NCBI RefSeq assembly: GCF_963921235.1 | Contig: NC_086097.1 | Coordinates: forward strand, 11,098,001-11,162,000 | Direction of reading: 5' to 3' | Length of the DNA: 64,000 nucleotides | Source of the DNA: Mobula hypostoma | Lineage: Eukaryota | Part shown: in pieces, positions 23,915 through 36,825 of the stretch | How positions within the stretch are numbered: the first letter of the stretch is position 1 | Layout of the letters: each line of letters begins with the position of its first letter | The notes under the pieces: model-generated | The model's input: the letters and a program-made list of their open reading frames with translations, nothing else | Told to the model about the DNA's origin: nothing | Database searches by the model: none | Program-made: the position numbers and the translations under genes

Positions 23915-25466
23915 GAGTACAGGAACCATGGTGTAGAAAAACTGTAATAAATCTACCAAGAGGAAAAGAAAAGTTTACAAAAGGTTCAGAGAGCTAGGTA
24001 ATATTAAAGATCTAGAAGATTATAAGGCTAACAGGAGGGAGCTTAAGAAGGAAATTAGGAGAGCCAGAAGGGGCCATGAGAAGGTCTTGGTGGGCAGGAT
24101 TAAGGAAAACCCCAAGGCATTCTACAAGGATGTGAAGAGCAAGAGAATAAGATGTGAAAGATTAGGACCTATCAAGTGTGACAATGGGAAAGTGTGTATG
24201 GAACCGGAGGAAATAGCAGAGGTACTTAAGAATACTTTACTTCAGTATTCACTATGGAGAAAGATCTTGGTGATTGCAGTGATGACTTGCAGCGACTGAA
24301 AAGCTTGATCATGTAGATATTAAGAAAGAGGATGTGCTAGAGCTTTTGGAAAGCATCAAGTTGGATAGGACGCCAGGACCAGATGAGATGCACCCTAGGC
24401 TACCGTGAGAGGCAAGGGAGGAGATTACTGAGCGTCTGGCAATGATCTTTGCATCATCAATGGGGACCGGAGAGGTTCCAGAGGATTGGAGGGTTGCAGA
24501 TGTCGTTCCTTTATTCAAGAAAGGAAGTAGAGATAGCCCAGGAAATTATAAATCAGTGAGTCTTACTTCAGTGGTTGGTAAGATGATGGAGAAGATCCTG
24601 AGAGGCAGGATTTATGAATATTTGGAGAGGTATAGTAATAGGCATCTGTTAGTCTCGTGAGACCATGGATTTGCGACTTGGAAACCTTCCAAGGCGCAGG
24701 CCTGGGCAAGGTTGTATGGAAGACCGGCAGTTGCCCATGCTGCAAGTCTCCCCTCTCCACGCCACTGATGTTGTCCAAGGGAAGGGAACTAGGGCCGATA
24801 CAGCTGGAGGGGTATAATATAATTAGGAATAGTCCGCATGGCTTTGTCAATGGCAGGTTATGGCTTAAGAGCCTGATTGAGTATTTTGAGGATGTGACTA
24901 AACACATTGATAAAGGAAGAGCAGTAGATATAGTGCATATGGATTTCAGCAAGGCATTTGATAAGGTACCCCATACAATGCTTATTGAGAAAGTAAGGAG
25001 GCATAGGATCCAAGGGGCCATTGCTTTGTGGATCTAGAACCACAGAAGGCAAAGACCAGTTGTAGACGGGTCATATTTTGCCTGGAGGTCGGTGACCAGT
25101 GGTGTTCCTCCGGGATCTGTTCTGGGACCATTACTCTTCGTGATTTTATAAATGACCTGGATGAGGAAGTGGAGGGATGGGTTAGTAAGTTTGCTGATGA
25201 CACAAAGGTTGGAGGTGTTGTGGAAAGTATGGAGGGCTGTCAGAGGTTACATCGGGACATTGATAGGATCCAAAACTGGGCAGAGAAGTGGCAGATGCAG
25301 TTCAACCCAGATAAGTGTGAAGTGGTTCATTTTGGTAGGTCAAATATGATGGCAGAATATAGTATTAATGGTAAGACTCTTGGTAGTGTGGAGGATCAGA
25401 GAGATCTTGGGGTCCAAGTCCATAGGACGTTCAAAGCAGCTGCGCAGGTTGACTCTGTGGTTAAGA
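23915..25466 (+). mobile_element. CR1 LINE ORF2 reverse-transcriptase fragment (pseudogenised), with a nested SINE at ~24641-24804
   Basis: IKENPKAFY, GEVPEDWRVADVVPLFKKGSRDSPGNY, MDFSKAFDKVPH, SKFADDTK and WQMQFNPDKCEVVHFG, with frameshifts and stops. Confidence 0.95.
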
Positions 25467-25961
25467 TCTCTTAGGTTTCCAAACTCAGAAAATACTTCAT
25501 TTTTACAGCCCTTTTGCAACTAATCACTAACTAATTATTTTATTTTATCTGCCTCACAAAGCATTCTGTACAATACAGTTTAGATTTCATTTACTTTAGG
25601 CAGATCTAAGAATGCACTTTCCCACCACTGCAAATATACTGTCATGAGCTATGTAAGCCTAAGCACCTGTATTTGTTAATTGTTGTCTCTTGTAGAGTCA
25701 TTAAGGCCTTGTGCTTTCTGCTTAATCTTGTCAAATTTATTTTCACTGGCATTGGTTTTCAGAGTACTGTGATTATTTAAACAAACACCAGATTAGCGCT
25801 AATCTCAGGGTTTTTGTGTTTTGAGAATGATTCATCTCATAGTATTGGTAGGTCAAACCACCAATTTTCTGTGGGAATTCCTATGAATAAATTTTGGTTT
25901 CTGTCTCTACATGGGAATCTGCCATTCCTCCACAGTTCTTTCGTCTGTCAGCACACACCAT

Positions 25962-26505
25962 GACAATAGAGGCCATTTTATTAGGTATGCCTGTACATCT
26001 GCTTGTTAATGCAAATATCTAATCAGCTAATCATGTGGCAGCAACTCAATGCATAAAAGCACACAGACATGGTCAAGAGGTTCAATTGCTGTTCAGATGA
26101 AACATCAGAATGGGGAAGAAATGTGATCTAAGTGACTTTGACTGTGGAATGAGTGTTGGTATCAGACTGGATGGTTTGAGTATCTCAGAAGCTGAAGTTC
26201 TGGGTTTTTCATACACAACAGTCTCGAGAGTTTACAGAGAATGGTGAGAAAAACAAAAGACATCCATTGACCGTCAGTTCTGTGGGTGAAACTGCCTTGT
26301 TAATGAGAGAGAACAGAGGAGAATGGCCAGACTGGTTCAAGCTGACAGGAAGGTCACAGTAACTCAAATAGCCACACGTTACAACAGTGGTGTGCAGAAG
26401 AGCATCTCTGAATGAACAACATTTCGAACCTTGAAGTGGATGGGCTACAGCAGTAGAAGATCACACCAGGTTCCACTCCTGTACCTAATCAACTCCCACT
26501 GAGTG
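25962..26505 (+). mobile_element. Tc1/mariner deletion derivative (N-terminal DNA-binding region only)
   Basis: ATG at 26110 gives MGKKCDLSDFDCGM...GLSISE...GFSYTTVSRVYREW*...RRMARLVQADRKVTVTQI...TLKWMGYSSRR. Degenerate TIRs GGCCATTTTATTAGGTA / GTACCTAATCAACTCCCACTGAGTG, followed by TA. Confidence 0.85.
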
Positions 26506-26679
26506 TATTTAAAAATGTGACAATAAACCTATCCTTTCACCAAAATTTCATACAGCTCCATGATTTCCTCTTCCCTTGAATGACACCTTAATCAACGGTG
26601 CTTGCGGTGGACTCCGTCTCAGATGACAAAAGTGTGTTTTCAGGTGTGAGCTTCTAGCACAAACAAAGGTCCAGATTAT

Positions 26680-27262
26680 AAACACGAGTAACTCTGCAGC
26701 TGCTGGAAATTCAGAGGAACTCAGCAGGTCAGGCAGCACCTATGGAAAGGAATAAGCAGTTGACGTTTGGATTGAGACCGCTCATCAGGACTGGAAAGGA
26801 AGGGAGAAGACGCCAGAATAAAAAGGTGGTGGAGTGGGGGTGGGGGCGGGAGGGAGGATAGCAGGAAGCTGATAGGTGAAGCCAGGTGGGTAGGAAATCT
26901 AGATGGCTGGAGAGGAAGGAATCTGATAGGAGAGGAGAGTGGACCACAGGAGAAAGAGAAGGAGGAAGGGACCGGTGGGGGGGGGGGGGTGTTAGGCAGG
27001 TGAGAAGGGGTAAGAGGCCAGAGTGGGGAATAGAAGAAGAGGGAAGGGGAGGGATTTTTTTTTAACTCGAAGGAGAAACCGATATTTATGCCATCAAGTT
27101 GGAGGCTACCCAGACGGAATACAAAGTGTTGCTCCTCCACCCTGAGGGTGGCCTCATTGTGACACAAGAGGAGGCCATGGACAGACATGTCAGAATGGGA
27201 ATGGGAATTAAAATGTTTGACCACAGGGAAGTCCTGCTTTTGGCGGATGGAGCGGAGATCGA
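26680..27262 (-). mobile_element. Penelope-like element 3' fragment with hammerhead motif (26757-26793)
   Basis: ORF 26721-27359 contains PVVKHFNSHSHSDMSVHGLL...RVEEQHFVFRLGSLQLDGINI. Motif CAGTC-CTGATGA-GCGGTCTCAATCC-AAAC-GTC-AACTG. Confidence 0.85.
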
Positions 27263-28482
27263 ATTGCTTTTCATGTACAGTACATATCACAGAATTTAGA
27301 TTCAATAGCCTTACACTGTGTCTCTGCAATGACCTTCTCATATTTACCAACACACGCAAAGGAAATGCATTGACAGAGACCTTGGCAATCAGTAATAGGG
27401 TTGTGACGTCTCACATTCATTGGATATCAAAGAACAACATATGGTGAATGTTCCGATGACAGAAATGCTGAAATGTAACCTTATTTTAATCCACCTTGCC
27501 ACTGAAAAATAATGATTTTGCAGAACGATGTGGTGTTGCAAAATCAGTTGAGTTTGCAATTTTGAACTTAGTGGAGCTTAAATATAAATGAATAAGAGAT
27601 CGCTTTGTGAGTCTCAGACAATGTCGGATTTAGCATCTTCCTTAAAGGTATGATAAAATATTAAGGAGCTAACACTCTTTGTCAAGTTGTCTTCAAGAAC
27701 GTAATAAAACATTAAAATTCTCACCATTATAAAAATCATGAAAGCTCAAGTTTAATTCAAGTTCAGGTTTAATTGTCATTCAACCATACACATGGATACA
27801 GGCAAATGAAACAGCAGTCCTCTGGGGTCGAGCTGCAAAACACAATACCACTGGTCACACACAGCACACAGCACATAACACATATTACACATATAGTTAC
27901 AATAATAAGAAAACATACAGACAGAAAAAAAACAACAACTTTGCGCAAGTCACTGAGTGTCATGGCCTGTAGATTGATGCTGCATGGGATGTTGCCCCGG
28001 AGCCATGTTTCTGCATGAAGAAGTATGTAGCAGTTCCTCATCACATGCCAGTGCAACGTCACATGCATGCAATCCAGCATGTTTTCCACTAAGCTCTGCA
28101 GCAATGAGCAGGGAAATGGTAAGACTCTGTTTGGTAAACAGATACATGAATTCATGTTCACATAAATGAATAATTGACAATTAAACCACTAGGCAGAAAC
28201 TGAGCTTAAATGCCAAACAGGAATCCCACCGACCACACACTCAGTTCCCTTAGCTGCATTTCCATGGACTGATATCCCTGACTGGTAGAGGATTTGGGGA
28301 ACTTAATAATTTAACTTTACAGATGAAATGTCTTATTGATCCAGTTCTAGATCACTGATGTAGTATTACATGTCAAAACTGAAGTAACACCAAATATTCA
28401 AGTGTTGCATTTCATAGCTCAGACTTGCATCTTCTCTCCCCAATTGCAATAACACACAAGTTTGTGCTCTGAATAAAAGACA

Positions 28483-29060
28483 GTGTGAAAGTTGGGGAGG
28501 GTGTGAGTGTAGGGGAAGGTTTGGGTGTAGGGGAAGGTGTGAGTGTGGGGGAAGGTGTGGGTGTAGGGGAAGGTGTGAGTGTAGGGGAGGGTGTAAGTGT
28601 AGGGGAAGGTGTGAGTTTAGGGGAGGGTGTGAGTGTAGGGGAGGGTATGAGTGTAGGGGAAGGTGTGAGTGTAGGGGAGGGTGTGAGTGTAGGGGAAGGT
28701 TTGGGTGTAGGGGAAGGTGTGGGTGTAGGGGAAGGTGTGAGTGTAGGGGAGGGTGTGAGTGTAGGGGAGGGTGTGAGTGTAGGGGAAGGTGTGAGTGTAG
28801 GGGAAGGTGTGGGTGTAGGGGAAGGTGTGAGTGTAGGGGAGGGTGTGAGAGTAGGGGAGGGTGTGAGTGTAGGGGAAGGTGTGGGTGTAGGGGAAGGTGT
28901 GAGTGTAGGAGAGGGTGTGAGTGTAGGGGAAGGTGTGAGTGTAGGGGAGGGTGTGAGAGTAGGGGAGGGTGTGAGTGTAGGGGAAGGTGTGAGAGTAGGG
29001 GAGACTGTGAGAGTAGGGGAGGGTGTGAGTGTAGGGGAGGGAGGTGGAGTAGGGGATGGT
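28483..29060. repeat. G-rich 18-bp minisatellite (GTGTGAGTGTAGGGGAGG/AAG), roughly 30 copies
   Basis: Direct reading. It generates the stop-free (VGEGVS)n and (HSHPPL)n ORFs. Confidence 0.95.
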
Positions 29061-29659
29061 CACTAACCTGACCATCTTTGTGATGCGGGAAGAATACAGG
29101 TTCCTTGTGGGAGACCTGTGCAGCCGGAGAAGAAATATGCAAATCCCACACAGACTACACTGGGCATGGGGAATGAACTTTGCTTGTGGAATTGCAAGGC
29201 AGCCTCTCTAACTGTGCTGCTCACCTCACTGAGAATCTGCCATTTGGAGCTCGTGACATAGCGTCCTCCCAATGAGCATTCTACTTTCAAAGTACAAAGA
29301 GAGATTATTTTAAAAGTTAGCCATTTGTCATACATATATTAAAAGATCAAAACTATAGTGAAATGCATCATTTTGCATCAATGACCAATGCAATTCGAGG
29401 ATTGTGCTCAGGGCAGCCCACAAGTGCTTCTGTTGCCAACACAACATGCCTGCAACTCGCTAATATGAACCATACATCATTGGAACGTGGAAGTAAACTG
29501 AATTGTTCAGAGGAGATTCACGTGACCACAAGGAGAAATTACAGACTATTAACAGACAGCAGTGGGATTCAAACCCAGTTGACGATTGCTGGCATTGATT
29601 TGACTGCTACGCTAACGTGTCATTTAATTTTTTTTTATTTAAGTAGTACGTATTTGTTA

Positions 29660-30680
29660 TCATATACTACACTGAGATTCATTTTCTTGCAGGAAAACAT
29701 AGAAATGAATTTGACAAAATCTATATTTGGACGATGAGTGACAAACACCAGTGTGCAAAAGAGGCCAAACTCTGCAAATAAAAATAATACCGAGAGCATG
29801 AGTTATAAATTGTTGAAAGTGAGCCTGTAGGTTGTTGAATCAGTTCAGAGCAGTGTGAATGTCGTTATCCATGCTGGTTCAAGAGCCTCACCGTTGTAGA
29901 GTAATAACTATTCCTGAATCTGGTGGTGTGGGACCTAAGGCTTTTTATACCTCCTGCTCAATGGTAGCAGCATGAAGAGGGCATGGCCTAGATGGTGAAG
30001 GTCTTTGATGATGGATGCTGCTTTCTTGCGCCAACGCTCCACGTAGGTGTGTTAATGGTAGCGAAGGCTTTGCCTGTGATAGACTGGGCTGTATCCACCA
30101 CTTTCTGCAACATTTTGCATTTCTGCATATTGGTGTTTCCATAACGGGCTGTGCTATAGCCAGTTAGGATACTCTTCACTATGTATCCTTAGTAGTCTGT
30201 CATTGCTTTTAGTGACATGCTGAATCTATGCAAATATCCCAGAAAGTACAGCCGCCGTCGTGCTCTCTTTGTAAGGGCGCTTATGTGCTGATCTCACATG
30301 CCATGGAATTTAAAGTTACTAACCCTGTCCACCTCCATTCCCCGAATAAGAACTGGATCATGAACCTCGTGCTTCTTCTTCCTGTAGTTGATAATCAGCT
30401 CTTTGCCGACATTGAGTGAGAAGTTATTGTGGCACCACTCAACCAGAATTTAAATTCCCTCCTATATGCAAATTCGTTACCAGCAACAGCAGTGGTGTCA
30501 TCAGCAAACTTAAATAAGGCATTGAAGCTGCACTTGGCCACATAATCATAAGTAAGTGAGTGGAGCAGGGGGCTAAGCACACAGCCTTGTGGTGTGCCTG
30601 TGCTGATGGTGACTGGAGGAGATGTTGTTGCTAATCCAACTAACTTGGTCTGCAAGTGAGGAAATCGAGGACCCAGTTTC
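29660..30680 (-). mobile_element. Rex1/Babar LINE 3' fragment
   Basis: ISTGTPQGCVLSPLLHSL, FKFADDTT and SILTGYSTARYGN. Confidence 0.85.
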
Positions 30681-31191
30681 AAGTATCAAAATATATTAGG
30701 AAACTGGGGAGTTAAAATTGCTCAACCTTTTTCTGAGATTCTTATAGTTAGCTGCGGAAGGAGACAACGTTCCCTTTTGGCCCCTACCTTCCATTAGAAA
30801 CTACAGTATCTGCCCATTCACATAGAATCATAGAGCACTACAGCAAATAAATGGTCCCTTCGGCCAATCTAGCCCATGCCAGACTGTTCTTCTGCCTAGA
30901 TGCATCAACCTACACCTGGAGCATAGCTCTCCATCCCCTTCCAAACTTCCCTCTTAAATGCAGCAATTGAATCCGCAACTTGCCGGCAGCTTGTTCCACA
31001 CTCACACCACTTCTGCGTGAAGAAGTTTCCCCTCAGGTTCCACTATAATATTTCTCCTTTCACCTTTAGCCTATGATCTCTAGGCCCAGTCTTGGTGGTA
31101 AATATTTTTCTGTGCGAAAACAAATCTCCACTCGTTCCAATCTGCACTCCAGTGTAAAAGTCTTAACCTATTCGATCTTTCCCTATAACTC

Positions 31192-32322
31192 GGAATCAGG
31201 TTTAATGTTACTGGCATAAGTCATGAAATTTGTTGTTCTGCGGCATCAATATATTGCAATTCGAAGTAATAAAAAACTATAAATTACAATAAGAAGTATA
31301 TATAACAAAGTTAAATTAAATAAGTAGTATAAAAACAGAGGGAAAATACTGAGGTATTGTTCATTGTCCATTCAGAAATCTGATGGTGGAGGGAAAGAAG
31401 CAGTTCCTAAAATGTTGAGTGTGTGTCTTCAGGCTCCTGTACCCTCTCCTTGATGGCAATAATGAGAAGAGGGCATCTCCTGCATGATGGGGTCCTTAAT
31501 GACGGATGCTGCCATTTTGAGGCATTGCCTTTTGAAGTTGTCCTCCATGCTGGGAGGCTAGTGGCCATGATGAGTTCACAACTCCATGCAGCTTTTCTCT
31601 GATCCTGTGCAGTGGCCCCTCCATACCAGATGGTGATGCAGCCTGTGAGAATGCCTCCACAGTGCATCTTTAGACATTTGCAAGTGTCTTTGGTCCTCAA
31701 TCCTCCTCAAACTCCTAATGAAAAATGGTCACTGCCATGCCTTCCTTCCAGTTTCATCAATATGTTGGACCCAGAATGGATATTTAGGGATGTTGACACT
31801 CAGTAACTTGAAACTGCTCATGCTTTCCACTCTGATTCCTTGCTGAGGACTGGTGTGTGTTCCCTCAAATTCTCCTTCCTGAAGTCTACAGTCAATTCCT
31901 TGGCCTTACTGACATTGAGTGCAAGACTTGCTGTGACATCACTCAACTAGCTGATCTATCTCGCTCCTGTATACCTCCCCATCGCCATCTGAAATTCTTC
32001 CAAAAATATTTGTGTCACCGGCAAACTTACAGATGGCATTTGAGTTGTGCCTAGTCACATAGTCGTGGGTGTAGAGAGAGTAGAGCAGAGGGCTAAGCAC
32101 GCATTCTAGAGGTGCACCAGAGCTGATAGTCAGTGAGGAGGAGATGCTAATTCCGATCTGCACAGACTGGGGTCACCTGGTGAAGAATTCAAGCATCCAT
32201 TTTCAGAGGGAAGTACAGAGGCCCAGGTTTAGGAGCTTGTTGATTAGAACTGAAGGTACAATTGTGTTGAACGCTGAGCTGTAATCAATAAACAGCAAAA
32301 TGACATAAGTAGTACTATTGTC
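31192..32322 (-). mobile_element. Rex1/Babar LINE 3' fragment
   Basis: SSGAPLECVLSPLLYSLYTHDYV...ICKFAGDT and ILTGCITIWYG. Confidence 0.85.
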
Positions 32323-33079
32323 TCAGATCCCCAAGACTCTGCAACATCCTTGTAAATTTTCTTTGTACTTTTTTCAATATTATTGATATCTTTCCTGTAG
32401 CTACAAACGTTGTAGGTAACCACAACTGCACACACTACTCCAAACTTGGTCTCATCAGCATCTTGTACAACTTCAACGTAACATCCCAACTCCTGTACTT
32501 AATATTCTGATTTATGAAAGTCAGCGTGCCAAAAATTCCCTTTATGACCCTGACTACCTGTGATGCCATTTTCAGGGAATTATGGATCCCCTTGTTCTAC
32601 TGCACTTCTCAGTGCCTAACTGTTCACTGTGTGGATCCTACCTGCGTTGTCCACTCAAAGTGCAACACCTCAAATTTGTCTGCATTAAATTCCATCTGCC
32701 ATTTTCCAGCACATTTTTTCAGCTGGACCAGATCCCTCTGCAAGTTTTGATAGTCTTCCTTACATCTCCTAGCAATATCTGAATGCATCTTGCACTAAAT
32801 TAAGGACGACCAAACATTGGAAATATCAGTAATGAACATGTGGAGATTCCCATTCCAGACTTAGGTTTAAGTGGTTACATTACACATGCATCAAATTGTC
32901 TTCACCAGGAATATATCAAGAGACTATTATATTGCTCTGGCATTCTTGAGCTTAGCTTAGCTTAAATAAACCAGAAAGAAAGGTGACCAATATAATATTC
33001 TGGTGATATATTTATTTCTAACAAATTTCAATTCATATAAATGTAAATATTGCCACTTAATTAAAAGGCTGATGCATGT

Positions 33080-34120
33080 CCATAAGACCATAAGATGTAG
33101 GAGCAGGGTTAGGCCACTTGGCCCATCATCTTCTCTGCCATTTCATCTTGGCTAATCCATTTTCCCTCTCAGCCCCAGTCACCTGCCTTCGCCCCATATT
33201 CTTTCACACCATGACTAAATCAGGAATCTATCAACCTCTGAATTAAATATACCCAGTGACTTGGCCTCCACAGCTGCCTGTGGCATCGAATTCCACAGAC
33301 TCTCTGGCTAAAAAAATTCCACCTCATCTCCATTCTGTAAATGGACATCCCTCTATTCTGAAGCTGTGTCCTCTGGTCTTAGCCTTTCTCACCATAGGAA
33401 ACATCCTCTCCACACCCACTCTGTTGAAGCCTTTCAACATTCGATAAGTTTCAGTGAGAACCCTCTGCATTTTTCTAAGTTCCAGTTAGTACAGTCCCAG
33501 AGCCAGCAAACACTTCTCACATGATAAGCTTTCAATCTCAGAATCATTTTCAGGAACCTCCTTTGAACCCTCTCCAATGTCAGCACATCCTTTCTTGGAT
33601 AAGGGGCATAAAACTGCTCACAATACTCCAAGTGAGGCTTCACCAGTGCCTTATAAAGCCTCAACATTACAGCCTTGCTTTTATATTCTTGCTTACTGCC
33701 AGTTACAACACTGTGTTTAGGACAGCAATGAAGGTCCTTCATCTCTGGTGGTGTTCAGGGCTTCATGTCAGTTTTCACCACTGCCACCATGCAAGTTCTG
33801 GGTGGAGAATCAGGAATACAGTCGCACTCAGATATAGAAGGATTCTTCATTGCTGTTTCAGCAACAATTTAGTTTTACCGGTCCGGGTTGTTAGCCCTGA
33901 GCTGAACCTCAGAATCTGGAGGACCAGTGGACTACTCTTAGTCTGGCTACTACCCCTTGACCTGTTTGCCATGACTGACCCGACCAAAAGCCAAAGCAGA
34001 AAGCCCCGACCCCAGCCAACATAGCTCTCAGGGTCATTGAGGGATACTAGCCTCCAAACCTTACAAGTTCTTATATTCTAGTCCTCTAAAAATGAATGCT
34101 AACATAGCATTTGCCTTCTT
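33080..34120 (-). mobile_element. CR1 LINE 3' fragment with a nested RTE-derived element (~33693-34065)
   Basis: LRLYKALVKPHLEYCEQF...LERVQRRF and a (CCATAAGA)n tail. Confidence 0.85.
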
Positions 34121-36601
34121 CAAAGCAAAGGGATAGACTGTATATCAGTGTGCAATAAGTGGGAAAAAGGTAAGTGGAAGAGATTATGTTTGTTTAACCT
34201 GCAAAGCTTTTTAAAAGGGGGAGTGGTTGTCTGTATTGCCTGTTAGTCTACTTTTTCCAGTAACATAGGTTTCCTTCACGACATCCCTCCATCTCCCTAA
34301 TTCCCTGCAGCCTGGACCAAACCCTAACCCAGCAGCAACACAAAGTACATGAAAGGCTTCTAAAGCTGGTACTTCCTCACAACGTGACAAAGGGCTGCTG
34401 CCTGCTTGTGCTCTCTGTCTGTAGCCAGGCTGCTAATGAAGAGATTGATGATGAAAATGTCACGATGAGACAGTTCAACAGAATTGCTCCCCGTGAGTGG
34501 CAGAGGGCAAGCGCTGCTTTTACAGCCAAGAATATCGCCACCAGCTGAGCGCAGCCAGCTTCTCGACAGCACGCCAAGGCAGCTACAGCATGCGTGGAGG
34601 AAAAGCAGACCTTCCAACGCCTCAGTCAATCTGCTCTGCCTCAAACAAGCGCCTTTTTTCCTATTGTAATCCGCACTTCCTATTCATTTTGTTGTAATAG
34701 GTATGGTGACTTTAATTTTGTTCGCAACATTAGTTGAGAAAATAGATTACAACACTTGCTTTCTCCTTGATCTTACCCTCTTGTTTTTTATATCCCGGAA
34801 CAGTCCAGTTGAAAGTAGGCAATACTGTACTTTTTTATGATTTAAAGAGACATCATCATCATTTCTGTAGGGGTGTAGGGTTTTTTTTTGGATGGGAAAG
34901 GGAAAAGGGTTGCAAGTTAGTTTAAGTCCAGGACAACATTCTCCAGAACTTCATTTAGAGATGAACATTTTGTTACCAATAATTTAATCGTGATAAATAT
35001 ATCATTCCTCAAACTAACATGGGCTTTTTGCATGAATCCTTGAAGGATTTAATTTTCCTCCTTCAAGGCAAAATTCCAGTTTGCTCGAATAATAAATTCC
35101 CATTGAAGAAATCACATGAATCTGCTACTATGTGATTTGTGATTTATGAGAGTAGAGTTTTATGATTATCCCACGGGTTGCAGAAAGAAAAAAAATCTCA
35201 TCTAATATTTTTCAGATGAAAGGGTGAAATTTCATTTACTTTCTAATAAACTTTTAATGAAAGTTAATGAAACAAGTTATTGGCAAACTTGGTGATGTGG
35301 TGTTGCAATTACCAATCATTTAGTTGGGAATCTTCATCTTGGTCTGATGACCTGGAGATCACAATTTTAGATCCGCCATGGCAACATATTCAAAGATTCA
35401 AAATATATTACTATCAGGAAGTGCTCAGGGCAGGAGCCATGTGAGAATTCAGATCAGCCTGGACACACAATAAATCTATGTATAGAAGCTATCTTACGTA
35501 CTTCTATTTATTGTGTTTTTTATTATCATCATGTCCTTATGTTATTGTGTTCCTTTATGCTGCATCAGATTCAGAGTAACAATTATTTCATTCTCCTTTA
35601 CATTTGCGTACTGGAAATGACATTAAGCAATCTTGAATCTTGAATGACCTCCAGTTCATTCTGTGCCTCTGCACTTGGGAATTCCAGCTAATTGGACATT
35701 CCCTTCCTATCTGTCTGCCATCCATCTCTCTTAACTGCCTCATTGGAGAAATAGTTCGCCATTTAGAAAAGGTATTGACCTTCGTTCCTTTTCTCTGGTG
35801 CCTTGGCCTAAGTGACCAGAATAAGTGATTGGTTTGCTGCTTGCAGTCAATGAACAGCACAGTGCTAAACTGAATTGAACTAAACTGTGCACTCCTAGAC
35901 TGTTTGGGGGATTCTGCGGTTTAACGTTTAATACTCTGTGTGTTATTCACTCATATTTTGCCTTTTGCATGATCTGTTCTTTTTTTGTGCATTGATGTTT
36001 TCTTTGAACAGGTTCCATGGTGTTTCTTTGTTTTCTGGCTGCCAGAGCACTTCCTGAATCTGGATGCGCTTCACATCTGGCCCCTCAGTGTAATGCCAGA
36101 ATCAATGTTCAAAATGCATTTTATTTAACTTTTTCAACATGTCTGATCATCAACGACATGAGAAATACAATCTAAAGGCCTTCAGGGCAGTCCTTGGGCT
36201 GAGGTGTCACATTCCCCCTCCTACCTCCAATCTGCTTCTCTTGACACATTGCACATTCAGGTTGAGATTTATTTATTTAATACTCATACATGTATATCAA
36301 AACATACAGTGTTTGTGTTAATAGCCAACACATACAAGGATGTTCCCACAAGTGTCATCACAATTTGGGTCCAAAATTGCTTTCCCACGATGATCGGCAG
36401 AACACCATAAGCAGCAACCACAACCACAACAACAAAACAAGCCCCTTTCCTACGCTCCCACTAATACACACAGACAGATATCCAACCCCCAGCACAGGCT
36501 GCCTCTGGGTCTTCAGTCCCTGGCCCCGGTCTCTCGGACAACAGGCTTCCAATCTCCAGTGCCTGGCCCATTTTCACAAACATTGGGCTTTGGACCTATG
36601 C

Positions 36602-36825
36602 ACAAGTCCCATGAGTATTGCAGTTATGATCCAGGGATCACTATTAGACCAGAGATTGCTCTTCAGAGAGCTCCACATGATTTCCTATTGTGTAGATGGG
36701 GCTTCCGTTCTGGACAAGTCCCACAAAGAATGCTGTTATGATCCGGAGATCAGTGTTAGACCATAGACTGCTCTTCAAAGAGTGCCACGTTATCTCCTAC
36801 GATGCAGGTGAGGCTTTCACTTAAA
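36602..36825. repeat. Diverged two-copy tandem repeat, period 112 bp
   Basis: ACAAGTCCCA...GTTATGATCC...TTAGACCA...TGCTCTTCA recurs at 36602 and 36714. Confidence 0.8.

Noticed and set aside
28483..29060. Possible CRISPR-like array
   Set aside because: Head-to-tail tandem units without unique spacers, no cas genes, and a vertebrate context.
28366..29151. 261-aa His/Pro/Leu-rich ORF and the opposite-strand 193-aa (VGEGVS)n ORF
   Set aside because: Both are translations of the 18-bp minisatellite. There is no gene context or non-repetitive domain.
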